NCBI GenBank assembly: GCA_963710575.1
Contig: CAVQAL010000010.1
Location: 71,533-135,532 of the forward strand
Direction: 5' to 3'
From: an uncultured delta proteobacterium
Lineage (GTDB): Bacteria; Desulfobacterota; Syntrophia; Syntrophales; Smithellaceae
DNA: 64,000 bases
Shown here: positions 1 to 9,252 of the stretch, one piece after another
Numbering within the stretch: the first letter of the stretch is position 1
Layout of the letters: every line of letters starts with the position of its first letter
Notes under the pieces: generated by a model
Database searches by the model: none
Seen by the model: the letters and a program-made list of their open reading frames with translations, nothing else
What the model was told of the DNA's origin: nothing
Translations under genes and position numbers: made by a program

Positions 1-861
1 TACGACAGTGCCTCGTGCGCCAATGTTGACGCCGTGTGTCGCCATTTTTGTTCAGAGTTGAAAAATACTATTGAGTATATGAAGTTGAAAGGCTCTCTGC
101 AAAATGATCCAACGCATATTACAATAACCGGCGGAGGTGCTTTGTTTGTTCCGCTGCAAAAAGAACTGGGAAAATATTTTTCCCTTCCGCTGGAAGTCCT
201 TGATCTTCTCCGGCTGAAACAATTGGAAATTGAGGAGAGTATCGAGTGTGAATGCCCTCCGCAAATAATGAACACGGCAATTGCCGCGGCAATGAGGGCT
301 TTTGCGGGTCGAAAATCTTTCAATTTCCGGCAGGGGGAGTTTGCGGCTAAAAACGTCCGCTTTAACCGTAAAGGACAATTAAAGTGGGCGGTGGTAGTTG
401 CGGGAATAATTTTCTTTCTGGCTATAGTCAATCAGGTTCTTGACTACAGCTTAAAGACTCAACGCCTGGACAGCATCAAAAAACAAATCTCTCTGATTTT
501 CAGGAAAAATTCCCCCGAAACGAAAATTATGGTTGATCCGGTGCAACAACTCAAAACAAAGCTTGCTGAAAATAAAAAGACTTTTGGTTTTTATAAAGGG
601 GACACGGAAATAACCGCGCTCAATATGTTAAAAGAAATTTCCAGTTTGGTTACACCTTCTCTTGATGTAGTGATCAACAATTTAAGTTACGAAAACAGTA
701 TTGTTTTAATTAAAGGCGAGGCAAAAAAAATTGATGATATTTCCGCGGTCAAATATGAGCTTTTGAAGTCCAGATATTTTAAGGATGTGACCATGGGCTC
801 AACCAGTCTGGCCAAAGACGGCGGCAAAGTTGATTTCGATTTAAGGATTGAACTTAAATGA
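1..861 (+). CDS. GspL / PilM-PilN-like secretion-pilus assembly protein (5' partial)
   Basis: The frame is open from nt 1; the track ORF starts at an internal GTG at 34. The segment ITITGGGALFVPLQKELGKYFSLPLEVLD resembles the C-end of the actin-like PilM/GspL cytoplasmic domain. It is followed by one TM helix (WAVVVAGIIFFLAIV) and a periplasmic part. The stop overlaps the next start (ATGA). Confidence 0.55.
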   Translation, partial: YDSASCANVDAVCRHFCSELKNTIEYMKLKGSLQNDPTHITITGGGALFVPLQKELGKYFSLPLEVLDLLRLKQLEIEESIECECPPQIMNTAIAAAMRAFAGRKSFNFRQGEFAAKNVRFNRKGQLKWAVVVAGIIFFLAIVNQVLDYSLKTQRLDSIKKQISLIFRKNSPETKIMVDPVQQLKTKLAENKKTFGFYKGDTEITALNMLKEISSLVTPSLDVVINNLSYENSIVLIKGEAKKIDDISAVKYELLKSRYFKDVTMGSTSLAKDGGKVDFDLRIELK

Positions 862-1418
862 TCAAAACATTCTGGGAAAAATTAGACGCCAAACAGCGAA
901 AACTAGTCGCCGGCGCGGCAATATTCGTTTTGATTGCTTTAATTTTGGAAATCGCTGTTTTTCCTTTTTGGGAAGCTAAAGCAAAACTTACAAAAGCAAT
1001 ACAGATTAATCAAAAGAAACTGGACGAAATGAGCAAACTAGATGCCGAGTTTACTTTGCAGGAAGCGGCAATGTCGAAAATAAAAAGATCCATGTCCGCG
1101 CGCGGCGCTGACTTTACTTTATTTGCCTATTTGGAAAAAAAGGCGGCGCAGGCAAATGTCCGGGAAAGGATTAAACAAATGAATTCTTCAAAAGGGATAC
1201 AATCCGTTTCTTTGGAAGAATCGTTAATAGACATGAAACTGGAAAAAATTACCATCAAACAACTAACCGATTTTTTATATTTTGTCGAATCACCGGTCGA
1301 TTTAGTGAGAATAAAAAAGATTATCATAAATAAAATGAAAGAAAATCCGGAATACTTAAGCGTGCAGTTGCAAATATCTTCTTTTCAGACATTGAGTCAG
1401 CCGCAGAGGGGAAAATAG
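858..1418 (+). CDS. GspM / PilO-like inner-membrane assembly protein
   Basis: 186 aa with a single N-terminal TM helix (LVAGAAIFVLIALILEIAVFPFW) followed by a coiled-coil/periplasmic domain. It is translationally coupled to the upstream L-like gene. The call rests on position and architecture only. Confidence 0.45.
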   Translation: MIKTFWEKLDAKQRKLVAGAAIFVLIALILEIAVFPFWEAKAKLTKAIQINQKKLDEMSKLDAEFTLQEAAMSKIKRSMSARGADFTLFAYLEKKAAQANVRERIKQMNSSKGIQSVSLEESLIDMKLEKITIKQLTDFLYFVESPVDLVRIKKIIINKMKENPEYLSVQLQISSFQTLSQPQRGK

Positions 1419-1422
1419 CAAA

Positions 1423-2247
1423 ATGAGCATCCTGAGAAAAAAGTCATTATGGTTTACGCTCTACGGGATATTTATTGCCTTGGTATTTTTATATTTGCTG
1501 TTTCCTTCGGATATTGTCCGGAGCCGACTGGAAGACGCTGTCAATTCGTCGGGTTTGATTTTAAAGATGGAAACATTGCGGCCCTCCCTGCCGTTGGGTT
1601 TGGGGCTGAAAAATATAACAATAAGTTCAACCTCATCGGCTGATATTTTCTTTCAAGGTGATTTGCTCGATTTGCAACTGCGTCCATTGAGCTTTTTTCA
1701 AAGACATAAATATATCGGATTGAGCGGCAAAGCTTATGGCGGCAAGTTTAATGGAAGCGTTGGTCTGGCTTCTCTGTCGAAAATCTATCCACCAGTGGAA
1801 GGAGAAATGAATTTTCAAAATATTAATCTGGCTGGATACGCTTTTATTAAAACCTTGTTGGGGAAAGAAATTGCCGGAAAGGCAAAGGGCGATCTGACTT
1901 ATACTTCCGCCAAAGAACTCGGTGGCAATGGTTCCGGAACAATCGCATTTTTTTTAACAAAGGGAAGTTATCCTTTAGCCGAACCATTTCTGGGATTAAA
2001 GCAAATTGAATTTGATCGCGGAGAAATAAAAGCTCAATTTAAAAACGGCAGCCTGAAGATGGAAAAACTGGAAATAGCAGGTAATCAAATAAATTGTTTC
2101 TTAAAAGGTGAAATAATGCTTGCTGACGATTTTAAATTGAGCCAGCTTAATTTAAACGGCGTGATAGAAATATTAGGACAGAACAAAGCTAAAATGAATG
2201 TCACGATCGGCGGAACATTGACCAATCCGATATTCCGCTATATGTGA
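1423..2247 (+). CDS. GspN-like secretion system protein
   Basis: 274 aa with an N-terminal TM helix (LWFTLYGIFIALVFLYLLFP) and a beta-rich periplasmic body. It sits between the M-like and C-like genes. This is an architecture-based call. Confidence 0.4.
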   Translation: MSILRKKSLWFTLYGIFIALVFLYLLFPSDIVRSRLEDAVNSSGLILKMETLRPSLPLGLGLKNITISSTSSADIFFQGDLLDLQLRPLSFFQRHKYIGLSGKAYGGKFNGSVGLASLSKIYPPVEGEMNFQNINLAGYAFIKTLLGKEIAGKAKGDLTYTSAKELGGNGSGTIAFFLTKGSYPLAEPFLGLKQIEFDRGEIKAQFKNGSLKMEKLEIAGNQINCFLKGEIMLADDFKLSQLNLNGVIEILGQNKAKMNVTIGGTLTNPIFRYM

Positions 2248-3176
2248 TAATGGCAAAGAGTATGTTGCTTAAAATAACACAACTTATAAAAGAATGGTCC
2301 AACCGGATCAGGAATGTCAGCGTCCTTCCGGCGATTGATATTACTTTATTGCGGCCATTTCTAATTTTGCTGGCAATAACAATATTGTCTTATGAAGCAA
2401 TCGATCTTTTTTACAAAATTATCAGTTTCTCCCTGACAAAACAAACGGCCGCCGTTAGAAACAATGGTTCTTCTTCTATCACTACGGATAATTCCCAACC
2501 CAATCAACTTCAGGATTACGGAATCATCACTGAACGCAATCTATTTTTTTCAACTTTGAAAGCTGTGAATGATAAACAGTCGGAAGGCGGACTGATGGAT
2601 TCCGATGAGAATTTTATGAACATTGATTTGAAAGGCACAGTCGCCTGCAATTCTTCTTTCGGCTTTATTTTTATTGAAGAACGCGATAGTCACAAACAGA
2701 AATTATACCGGATAGGAGACAATATCGGTTCGGCCAAACTTATCAAAATAACTCGTAATACGGCAACATTAAGAAGCGATGGCCGGGAAATAACATTAAA
2801 AGTAAAAGCGATGATAGAAGGTTCGTTACTTCCCAATTCACCGGGCCGTGCCACTTCCAGAAATATGACTTTGAGCAAAAAAACAGTAAGTGAAAATTTG
2901 AATGATTTGAAGTCCATAATGAATCAGGCCGTTGTGCGTCCCTTTTTAAACGAAGGCATGCAGGAAGGATTGATTATATCCAATATTGCTTCTAATAGCC
3001 TTTACGAAAAGATGGGGCTGCAAAATGGCGATATAATAATTGATATAAATAACAAGCCTGTACAAAGCACTGATAATTTACTGCAGACGGTAAACTTAAT
3101 ACAGTCCGGCGGCAGTGTAACTTTGAATGTTAAGAGAAACGGCCGAATCGAAACCATCAATTACTCATTTAACTGA
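2244..3176 (+). CDS. GspC-like protein with C-terminal PDZ domain
   Basis: The N-terminal TM helix is followed by a C-terminal PDZ-like segment (GLIISNIASNSLYEKMGLQNGDIIIDINNKPVQS...GGSVTLNVKRNG). The GTG start overlaps the upstream stop. Confidence 0.55.
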   Translation: MIMAKSMLLKITQLIKEWSNRIRNVSVLPAIDITLLRPFLILLAITILSYEAIDLFYKIISFSLTKQTAAVRNNGSSSITTDNSQPNQLQDYGIITERNLFFSTLKAVNDKQSEGGLMDSDENFMNIDLKGTVACNSSFGFIFIEERDSHKQKLYRIGDNIGSAKLIKITRNTATLRSDGREITLKVKAMIEGSLLPNSPGRATSRNMTLSKKTVSENLNDLKSIMNQAVVRPFLNEGMQEGLIISNIASNSLYEKMGLQNGDIIIDINNKPVQSTDNLLQTVNLIQSGGSVTLNVKRNGRIETINYSFN

Positions 3177-3199
3177 TCGGATCAGGGGAATATATTCAT

Positions 3200-4066
3200 A
3201 TGTATGCCGCTTATTTTGGTTTAAAAGAAAATCCTTTCAGCTTATCGCCGGAACCGCGCTTTCTGTTCCTTAGCGAGCAGCATCGCGACGCCTTAAACTG
3301 TTTAATTTATGGCATTAAAGAAAAAAAAGGATTCATTTTAATTTCCGGCGGCATTGGCACCGGAAAAACAACAATTTGCCGCAGTTTGATCAACTCGCTG
3401 GATGATTCGGTGGAAACGGCGTTGATTTTCAACACAGCCATCTCCGACATTGATTTACTGGAAACGATTCTTGGCGAATATGGCATCGCCATCAAAGGTG
3501 AGTTAAAGATCAAAAAGAATTATATTGACGCTTTGAATGATTTTTTGCTCCGGAATTTTGCCGCCGGGAAAACAGCGGTGCTTTTGATTGACGAAGCGCA
3601 GAATCTTTCACACGGAGTTCTGGAACAAATACGAATGCTTTCGAATCTGGAAACCGAAACAGAAAAACTCATTCAGATAATTTTAGTCGGCCAGCCGGAA
3701 TTGAATAATAATTTAATGCTGCCTGCGCTTAGGCAGTTAAATGAGAGAATCACGGTGAGATATGATCTGAAGCCTTTGTCGCCGCGGGAAGTGCGTGAAT
3801 ATATACAACATCGCCTAGTAATCGCGCAGGGTCCCGGCTCGCTTAAATTTACCAGAGGAGCATTTAATCTTATTTACACCTTTTCCGAGGGCATTCCCCG
3901 CCGGATCAATGCTCTTTGCGACAGGGCATTATTGATTGCCTACACAAAAAATGTAAATAAAATTGACCGTAAAATTGTCAAACTGGCGGTTCATGATATC
4001 GGGATCAATTATTTCCAAAAAACAATAAGCCGCGCCAGAAAAATATGGTCGCGCCTGACAACTTAG
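3200..4066 (+). CDS. ExeA/GspA/MshM-type AAA ATPase
   Basis: Walker A is SGGIGTGKTT and Walker B is VLLIDEAQNL. At 288 aa it has no C-terminal peptidoglycan-binding domain, so it is MshM-sized. The N-terminus YFGLKENPFSLSPEPRFLF is typical of the family. Confidence 0.8.
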   Translation: MYAAYFGLKENPFSLSPEPRFLFLSEQHRDALNCLIYGIKEKKGFILISGGIGTGKTTICRSLINSLDDSVETALIFNTAISDIDLLETILGEYGIAIKGELKIKKNYIDALNDFLLRNFAAGKTAVLLIDEAQNLSHGVLEQIRMLSNLETETEKLIQIILVGQPELNNNLMLPALRQLNERITVRYDLKPLSPREVREYIQHRLVIAQGPGSLKFTRGAFNLIYTFSEGIPRRINALCDRALLIAYTKNVNKIDRKIVKLAVHDIGINYFQKTISRARKIWSRLTT

Positions 4067-4099
4067 CGGACACTGGAAATCCTTGACCAAAGGAATATT

Positions 4100-4903
4100 A
4101 TGAGTTACATAAATGACGCATTACGTAAGGTGCAAAAAGAGAAAGAATCACGCTATGCAGCCTATGAACATATGGTCTCGGCACCCGGGAGAAAACCGGA
4201 CTGGTCTAAAAAATGGCTTTCCATAACCGGGATATTGATAGTATTTTTCTTGGCGTCAGGGATTATAGTCCTGTTGTACTGGCTTGAGGATACAAGAATT
4301 CCGGCAAAGATAATAAGCGCATCTCCTTTGACGGTAAAAGCCCCGGCACAGAAAACAAGCGCACCTTCTGTGGCGCCGGCTGTGGTTAACGCTGTTTCAA
4401 CAAAGCCACAGGTTGTTAAAGAAACGACAGCGGACAAAAAAAATAAAACCGGTTTAAATAGGGAAACAGCCTCCTCCTCAACGCCTAAAGTTAAGCCGGA
4501 GATTGCCAAAGTTAAAGCTAAAGCTCTTTTCGCGCAAGCTCTGGAGCGGCAACGTGAAGGAAAATTAGAAGAAGCCAAGGAACTTTATCGAAAAGTGATC
4601 AAAATTGATCAAAATAACGCACAGGCATTTAATAATCTTGGCGTGATTTATATGGGTGAGAAGCAATACAAGCGGGCGATTATGCGTTTTAACGACGCGC
4701 TCAATATAAAACACGATTATCCCGACGCCTATTATAATCTGGCCTGTCTTTACGCGCAAGAAAATGATGCGGCCCGAAGTTTGCTTTATCTAAAGAATGC
4801 CATTGGGTTTAACCCGGAAGTGAGACATTGGGCGGAAAATGACGGCGATCTGAAGACTATGGCTGAGTTGCCTGAATTTAAAAAATTATTGGAGAAACAA
4901 TAA
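4100..4903 (+). CDS. Membrane-anchored TPR-repeat protein (MshN/GspB-like position)
   Basis: One TM helix (ITGILIVFFLASGIIVLLYW) is followed by an Ala/Pro/Lys-rich linker and C-terminal TPR repeats (AQAFNNLGVIYMGEKQYKRAIMRFNDALNIKHDYPDAYYNLACLY). Confidence 0.6.
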   Translation: MSYINDALRKVQKEKESRYAAYEHMVSAPGRKPDWSKKWLSITGILIVFFLASGIIVLLYWLEDTRIPAKIISASPLTVKAPAQKTSAPSVAPAVVNAVSTKPQVVKETTADKKNKTGLNRETASSSTPKVKPEIAKVKAKALFAQALERQREGKLEEAKELYRKVIKIDQNNAQAFNNLGVIYMGEKQYKRAIMRFNDALNIKHDYPDAYYNLACLYAQENDAARSLLYLKNAIGFNPEVRHWAENDGDLKTMAELPEFKKLLEKQ

Positions 4904-4926
4904 TTAAGATGAAAATTTCGCATTCT

Positions 4927-5058
4927 TTTATTTATGAAACTCCAATTCCGAAAGCGAAGCGTATTGGAATTGGTAAGATGAACAATCCCGCGAAGCGAAG
5001 GGTACAATACTTCGTAGCTTGCTGCAAAATGTTTCCAAAGCTTGCTTTGGGGTTCATA
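4927..5058 (+). repeat. Hairpin repeat family A, copy 1
   Basis: About 130 nt, near-identical to 12861-13000 and 14123-14238. The core is aaactCCAATTCCgaaagcgaagcgtattGGAATTGGtaag followed by tcccgcgaagcgaaggg. It lies between the TPR gene stop and the real gspD start. Confidence 0.85.
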
Positions 5059-5061
5059 CCA

Positions 5062-7230
5062 ATGAGGATAAGACCAGGCCTGCTCTCCAGCGGCATCATC
5101 GCGCTGATAATAATGCTTTGTGTCGGCGGACCGGTCTTTGCGGCTCGTGTTGCCGGCACTGACGAAAATGTTAACAAAACAATTGTAGGCGCACCTGCGC
5201 CTCCAGCCGCCCAACCATCAACGAAAGTTAAAACAGAAAATATAATACAAAATACTGAAGAAATTCAGGACGAAAAACTGCCAAGCCATCCCACGAAAAA
5301 GGAAGCCTCTAAGAAATATGTAACCCTTGATTTTGACAATGTCGATATAAGTGTGCTGGTAAAATTTGTCAGTGAACTTACCGGAAAGAATTTCATCATT
5401 GATGACAAAGTCAAAGGCAAGGTCACCATTATATCTCCCAAAAAAATTCCCATGAAAGATGTCTATAAAGTATTTCTGTCTGTTCTGGAAATTAACGGGT
5501 TTACCGTCGTTCCCGCGGGGAATATGATCAAGATCATTCCCGCGACTTTAGCGCGGGAAAAGGGCATAGAGACAAGGCTGAAAAATGAGCTGGTCAATCC
5601 AGAAGACCGCATGGTCACTCAAATAGTTACCCTGGAGCGCGCCAATCCTGATGAAATAAAACGTGTTCTGGATCCGATTATTTCCAAGTCCAGTTCGGTG
5701 CTTTCTTATCCGCCAGCGGGTATTTTGATCATTACCGACTATCTGTCCAACATCAAACGGCTGCAGGAAATTATCTTCGCCCTTGATATTGAAGGCGCTG
5801 GAGAGCAGATATCCTATATTCCGCTGCAGAATGCTTCCGCTTCCGAAGTGGTGAAATCCTTGACGACAATTTTTCAACAGCGCCGCACCAATACAACGGC
5901 CATCAAAATCGTACCGGACTCCCGGACTAACTCAATTATAATTCTGGCGAGTGTTGCGGATACGGAAAGTGTGCGCAAACTGGTTGCCTTTATGGATAAA
6001 GACGTGCCCCGCGGTGAATCCAATATTCAGGTTTACCGCCTGCAAAACAGCAATGCCGATGACTTGGCGAAAGTTCTCAATAATATTGTCAAGGATAGCG
6101 GCGCGACGGCTACGGCCGGCGCGGCGGCGACTCAAAAAGCGATTACCCCGGTGGTTTCAAAAAATGTTCAGGTCGTTTCGGATAAAGCAACCAATACGCT
6201 GGTGGTTATGGCTGAGCGGGAAGATTATAAGATTGTCGAAAGTATTATCAAACAGCTCGATGTGCCGCGGCCCATGGTTTATATAGAGGCCTTAATTATG
6301 GAAGTCAACGCCACCAAGGATTTCAAGCTGGGCGTAGAGTGGCGCGGCATGAGAGGTACAGGTGATGTCCTTGGTGCCGGTACAGCCGGCAATACGGCGG
6401 CTTTTATCGGTTCCGGCGGCGCCAGCAGTACAACAACGGGCGGCTACAATATTCTTGATGGTTTAATTAATACAACAACAACCACCCCGACTGGTGTTTT
6501 TCCGAGTGGTTTTTCTATGGGTATAATTGGTGGCGGCATTACGATAGGCGGCGTTACCTTTCCTACTATCGGCGCAGTTATACAGGCTTATAAAACCGAT
6601 ACAGACGTATCCATTCTTTCCACTCCCCAGATCATGACGCTGGATAATGAAGAAGCGGAAATAAATGTGGGCTCCAATGTGCCTTACATAACCCAGCAAC
6701 AGCAATCGACGACGAGCACGCTGGTTGGTTACAACACTTATGAATATAAAGATGTCGGCGTAATCCTGAATATCACACCGCATATCAATGAGGAAAACTT
6801 CGTTCGTCTAAAAATATCGCAGCAGGTAACCAAAGTTACATCCGCCTCCAATTCTCCAACACCGACAACTTTAAAAAGAACGGCTAAAACGACTGTAGTG
6901 GTCAAGGATAATGAAACAGTTGTCATCGGTGGTCTGGTAGGGGACAGTACGGAGGCCGATACATATAAAGTGCCAGTGCTGGGCGATATTCCTATTCTGG
7001 GCTGGCTTTTTAAAACACATTCAACCGCCCGTGAAAAAACAAACCTGTATGTCTTTTTGACGCCGCATATTGTCCGCACTCAGAAAGATGCCGCCGGCCT
7101 TTATCAGGAAAAAAGAGAAACAATGGGAGAAGTGGTGGAGGGAATTATCAAGTTAGATGAAAAGAAATCGGAGCCTAAACCTTACAGCATACCAATTCCT
7201 TCCGGAAACAAAACGCCGGCTGCCCCCTAG
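5062..7230 (+). CDS. gspD: Secretin (GspD/MshL family)
   Basis: The start is moved to M52 of the track ORF (MRIRPGLLSSGIIALIIMLCVGGPVFAA is a signal peptide), because the upstream 51 codons are repeat A. The N0 domain (YVTLDFDNVDISVLVKFVSELTGKNFIIDDKVKGKVTI) and the C-terminal secretin domain (VPVLGDIPILGWLFK) are both present. Confidence 0.9.
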   Translation: MRIRPGLLSSGIIALIIMLCVGGPVFAARVAGTDENVNKTIVGAPAPPAAQPSTKVKTENIIQNTEEIQDEKLPSHPTKKEASKKYVTLDFDNVDISVLVKFVSELTGKNFIIDDKVKGKVTIISPKKIPMKDVYKVFLSVLEINGFTVVPAGNMIKIIPATLAREKGIETRLKNELVNPEDRMVTQIVTLERANPDEIKRVLDPIISKSSSVLSYPPAGILIITDYLSNIKRLQEIIFALDIEGAGEQISYIPLQNASASEVVKSLTTIFQQRRTNTTAIKIVPDSRTNSIIILASVADTESVRKLVAFMDKDVPRGESNIQVYRLQNSNADDLAKVLNNIVKDSGATATAGAAATQKAITPVVSKNVQVVSDKATNTLVVMAEREDYKIVESIIKQLDVPRPMVYIEALIMEVNATKDFKLGVEWRGMRGTGDVLGAGTAGNTAAFIGSGGASSTTTGGYNILDGLINTTTTTPTGVFPSGFSMGIIGGGITIGGVTFPTIGAVIQAYKTDTDVSILSTPQIMTLDNEEAEINVGSNVPYITQQQQSTTSTLVGYNTYEYKDVGVILNITPHINEENFVRLKISQQVTKVTSASNSPTPTTLKRTAKTTVVVKDNETVVIGGLVGDSTEADTYKVPVLGDIPILGWLFKTHSTAREKTNLYVFLTPHIVRTQKDAAGLYQEKRETMGEVVEGIIKLDEKKSEPKPYSIPIPSGNKTPAAP

Positions 7231-7249
7231 CGAAAGACAGTGAAGCATT

Positions 7250-9043
7250 ATGTCTAAAATCCATACGGCCTTAAAAGAATCCGCAGGCTCTGCTCATAGC
7301 TTTTCCCCTTCCCAGGACGCGGTTTTTTCTTCTCTGGATAAAAAATTAATTTCAGCCGGAGTTGCTTCGGATACACTTGTCGAAGCGCACAATCTGAAGG
7401 AAAACAAAGGGACCGGATTTTTTGATTCGCTCGTAAGGAGAAAAGCCATCGATGAAAGCCAATTATTAAAAATACTGGCCCAGCACTTTGGACTTGCACT
7501 CTGGCCGGAACTGCCAATGGAAAGCATCAATACTGATTTCACGCAAAACGTTTCCATCCAATATTTAAAGAAGCATAAAATTGTTCCACTCATTACCTCT
7601 CAAGATTCAGTTATCGCCGTAAATGATCCCACGGATTTTCAGCCTGTTGATGACCTGCGGCGGCTTCTTCAGAACCCGGATTTGCCGGTTGTCCTTTCCT
7701 CGCAGGACGCGATCATGGCGGCAATTAATATGGCTTACGATATGAGTCGCGCTTCCGCCAAGGACTATTTCGAAGAGATAAATGAATCCTCTACAGATGA
7801 TCTTATTTCAAAAATTGACGAAACAGCCGATTTGCTTGATGAAACCAGCGACGCGCCGATTATCAAACTGGTCAATTTACTTGTTGCCGGAGCGATTAAA
7901 GATCGCGCCAGTGACATTCACGTTGAGCCTTATTCCGGCAATCTCAAAATCCGTTATCGTATTGACGGCATTTTATATGATATTTTGAACTTACCCAGAC
8001 GAATTCAATCTCCTCTTATTTCCCGCATAAAAATCATGGCCAAACTCAACATTGCGGAAAAACGGTTGCCTCAGGACGGTCGCATTGAAATAAAAATAGC
8101 CGACCGCCTTGTTGATATCCGCGTATCGGTGATTCCCACAGCTTTTGGGGAAAGAGTTGTATTACGTTTACTGGACAAAACTTCTAATATCCTGATGCTT
8201 TCCGATTTAGGCATGCATGATGAACGGATCAGGTTGCTCAATCGCTTGATTAAATCTCCTTACGGGATAATTTTGGTAACAGGCCCCACTGGCAGCGGTA
8301 AAACAACAACCTTATATGCGGCTCTTTCCACAATCAATCACCCGGAAATAAACATTATCACGATAGAAGACCCTATTGAGTACCAAATGGATGGTGTCGG
8401 GCAAATTCAGGTTAATCCGAAGATTGATCTGACTTTTGCCGCAGGCCTCCGTTCTATTGTCCGTCAGGACCCTGACGTTATCCTGATTGGTGAAATTCGT
8501 GACCGGGAAACCGCGGAAATCGCTATTCAATCATCACTTACCGGCCATCTAGTGTTTTCCACACTGCACACCAATGACGCCGCCAGCGCCGTAACTAGAT
8601 TAATTGATATGGGCATAGAACCGTTTTTAGTCACCTCGTCTATTATCGCGATAATAGCACAGCGCCTTGTGCGCGTGCTCTGTCCGCACTGCAAAGAAGT
8701 TTACGTGCCGGATGAAGAATCTTTGTCCAACCTTGGATTGGACAGGTCTGTATTGCAGAACAATACTTTTTACCGGAAGAAAGGCTGTAACCTGTGCATG
8801 CAGACAGGCTTTCGGGGACGAACAGCTATTTTTGAGATCATGATTGTTGATGACGAAATCAAAAGGCTTGTTTTGAAAACATCCGATGCCAATCAAATTA
8901 ATGAATTGGCTTTAAAACGGGGCATGATCACGTTGCAGAAAGATGGTATCGACAAAGTACTTGCCGGCATAACGACTACGGAAGAAGTCCTGCGTGTAAC
9001 GCGTTCGCTGAATCGCGCAGACAATCTTGTCCTGGAAATATAG
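7250..9043 (+). CDS. gspE: GspE/MshE/PilB-family secretion ATPase
   Basis: Walker A is VTGPTGSGKTTTL. The Asp box, Walker B (DPDVILIGEIRD), His box (TGHLVFSTLHTND) and a tetracysteine motif (CPHC...CNLC) are present, along with an N-terminal T2SSE_N-like domain. Confidence 0.9.
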   Translation: MSKIHTALKESAGSAHSFSPSQDAVFSSLDKKLISAGVASDTLVEAHNLKENKGTGFFDSLVRRKAIDESQLLKILAQHFGLALWPELPMESINTDFTQNVSIQYLKKHKIVPLITSQDSVIAVNDPTDFQPVDDLRRLLQNPDLPVVLSSQDAIMAAINMAYDMSRASAKDYFEEINESSTDDLISKIDETADLLDETSDAPIIKLVNLLVAGAIKDRASDIHVEPYSGNLKIRYRIDGILYDILNLPRRIQSPLISRIKIMAKLNIAEKRLPQDGRIEIKIADRLVDIRVSVIPTAFGERVVLRLLDKTSNILMLSDLGMHDERIRLLNRLIKSPYGIILVTGPTGSGKTTTLYAALSTINHPEINIITIEDPIEYQMDGVGQIQVNPKIDLTFAAGLRSIVRQDPDVILIGEIRDRETAEIAIQSSLTGHLVFSTLHTNDAASAVTRLIDMGIEPFLVTSSIIAIIAQRLVRVLCPHCKEVYVPDEESLSNLGLDRSVLQNNTFYRKKGCNLCMQTGFRGRTAIFEIMIVDDEIKRLVLKTSDANQINELALKRGMITLQKDGIDKVLAGITTTEEVLRVTRSLNRADNLVLEI

Positions 9044-9215
9044 TGAGTCCCAAATTTCAGAAGCGTAGCACACTGAAATTTGTTGGACGAACTATCCTAG
9101 GAGCATAGCGACGTAGGATAATGAGCACCTTTAAATTATACCCTATGGGGATTCGAAGCGAAGCATATCGGGATAAGGTACAATGTCTACCGCTGCTTGC
9201 GGCGAGATTGTTCAT
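9043..9215. repeat. Hairpin repeat cluster (family B copy 1 plus further modules)
   Basis: 9043-9097 gtgagtcCCAAATTTCAGaagcgtagcacaCTGAAATTTGttggacgaactatcc is the reverse complement of 17268-17322. It is followed by ATCCTAggagcatagcgacgTAGGAT and a ...ttcgaagcgaagcat... hairpin. Confidence 0.7.
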
Positions 9216-9252
9216 TCAAGAAATAAAGTACAGTTAGTCTTTAGGAAGAAAG

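Noticed and set aside
4909-5061. The N-terminal 51 codons of the track ORF for the secretin (MKISHSFIYETPIPKAKRIGIG...).
   Set aside because: This stretch is the translation of dispersed repeat family A; the same DNA occurs at 12861 and 14123. A proper signal peptide starts at M52 (5062).
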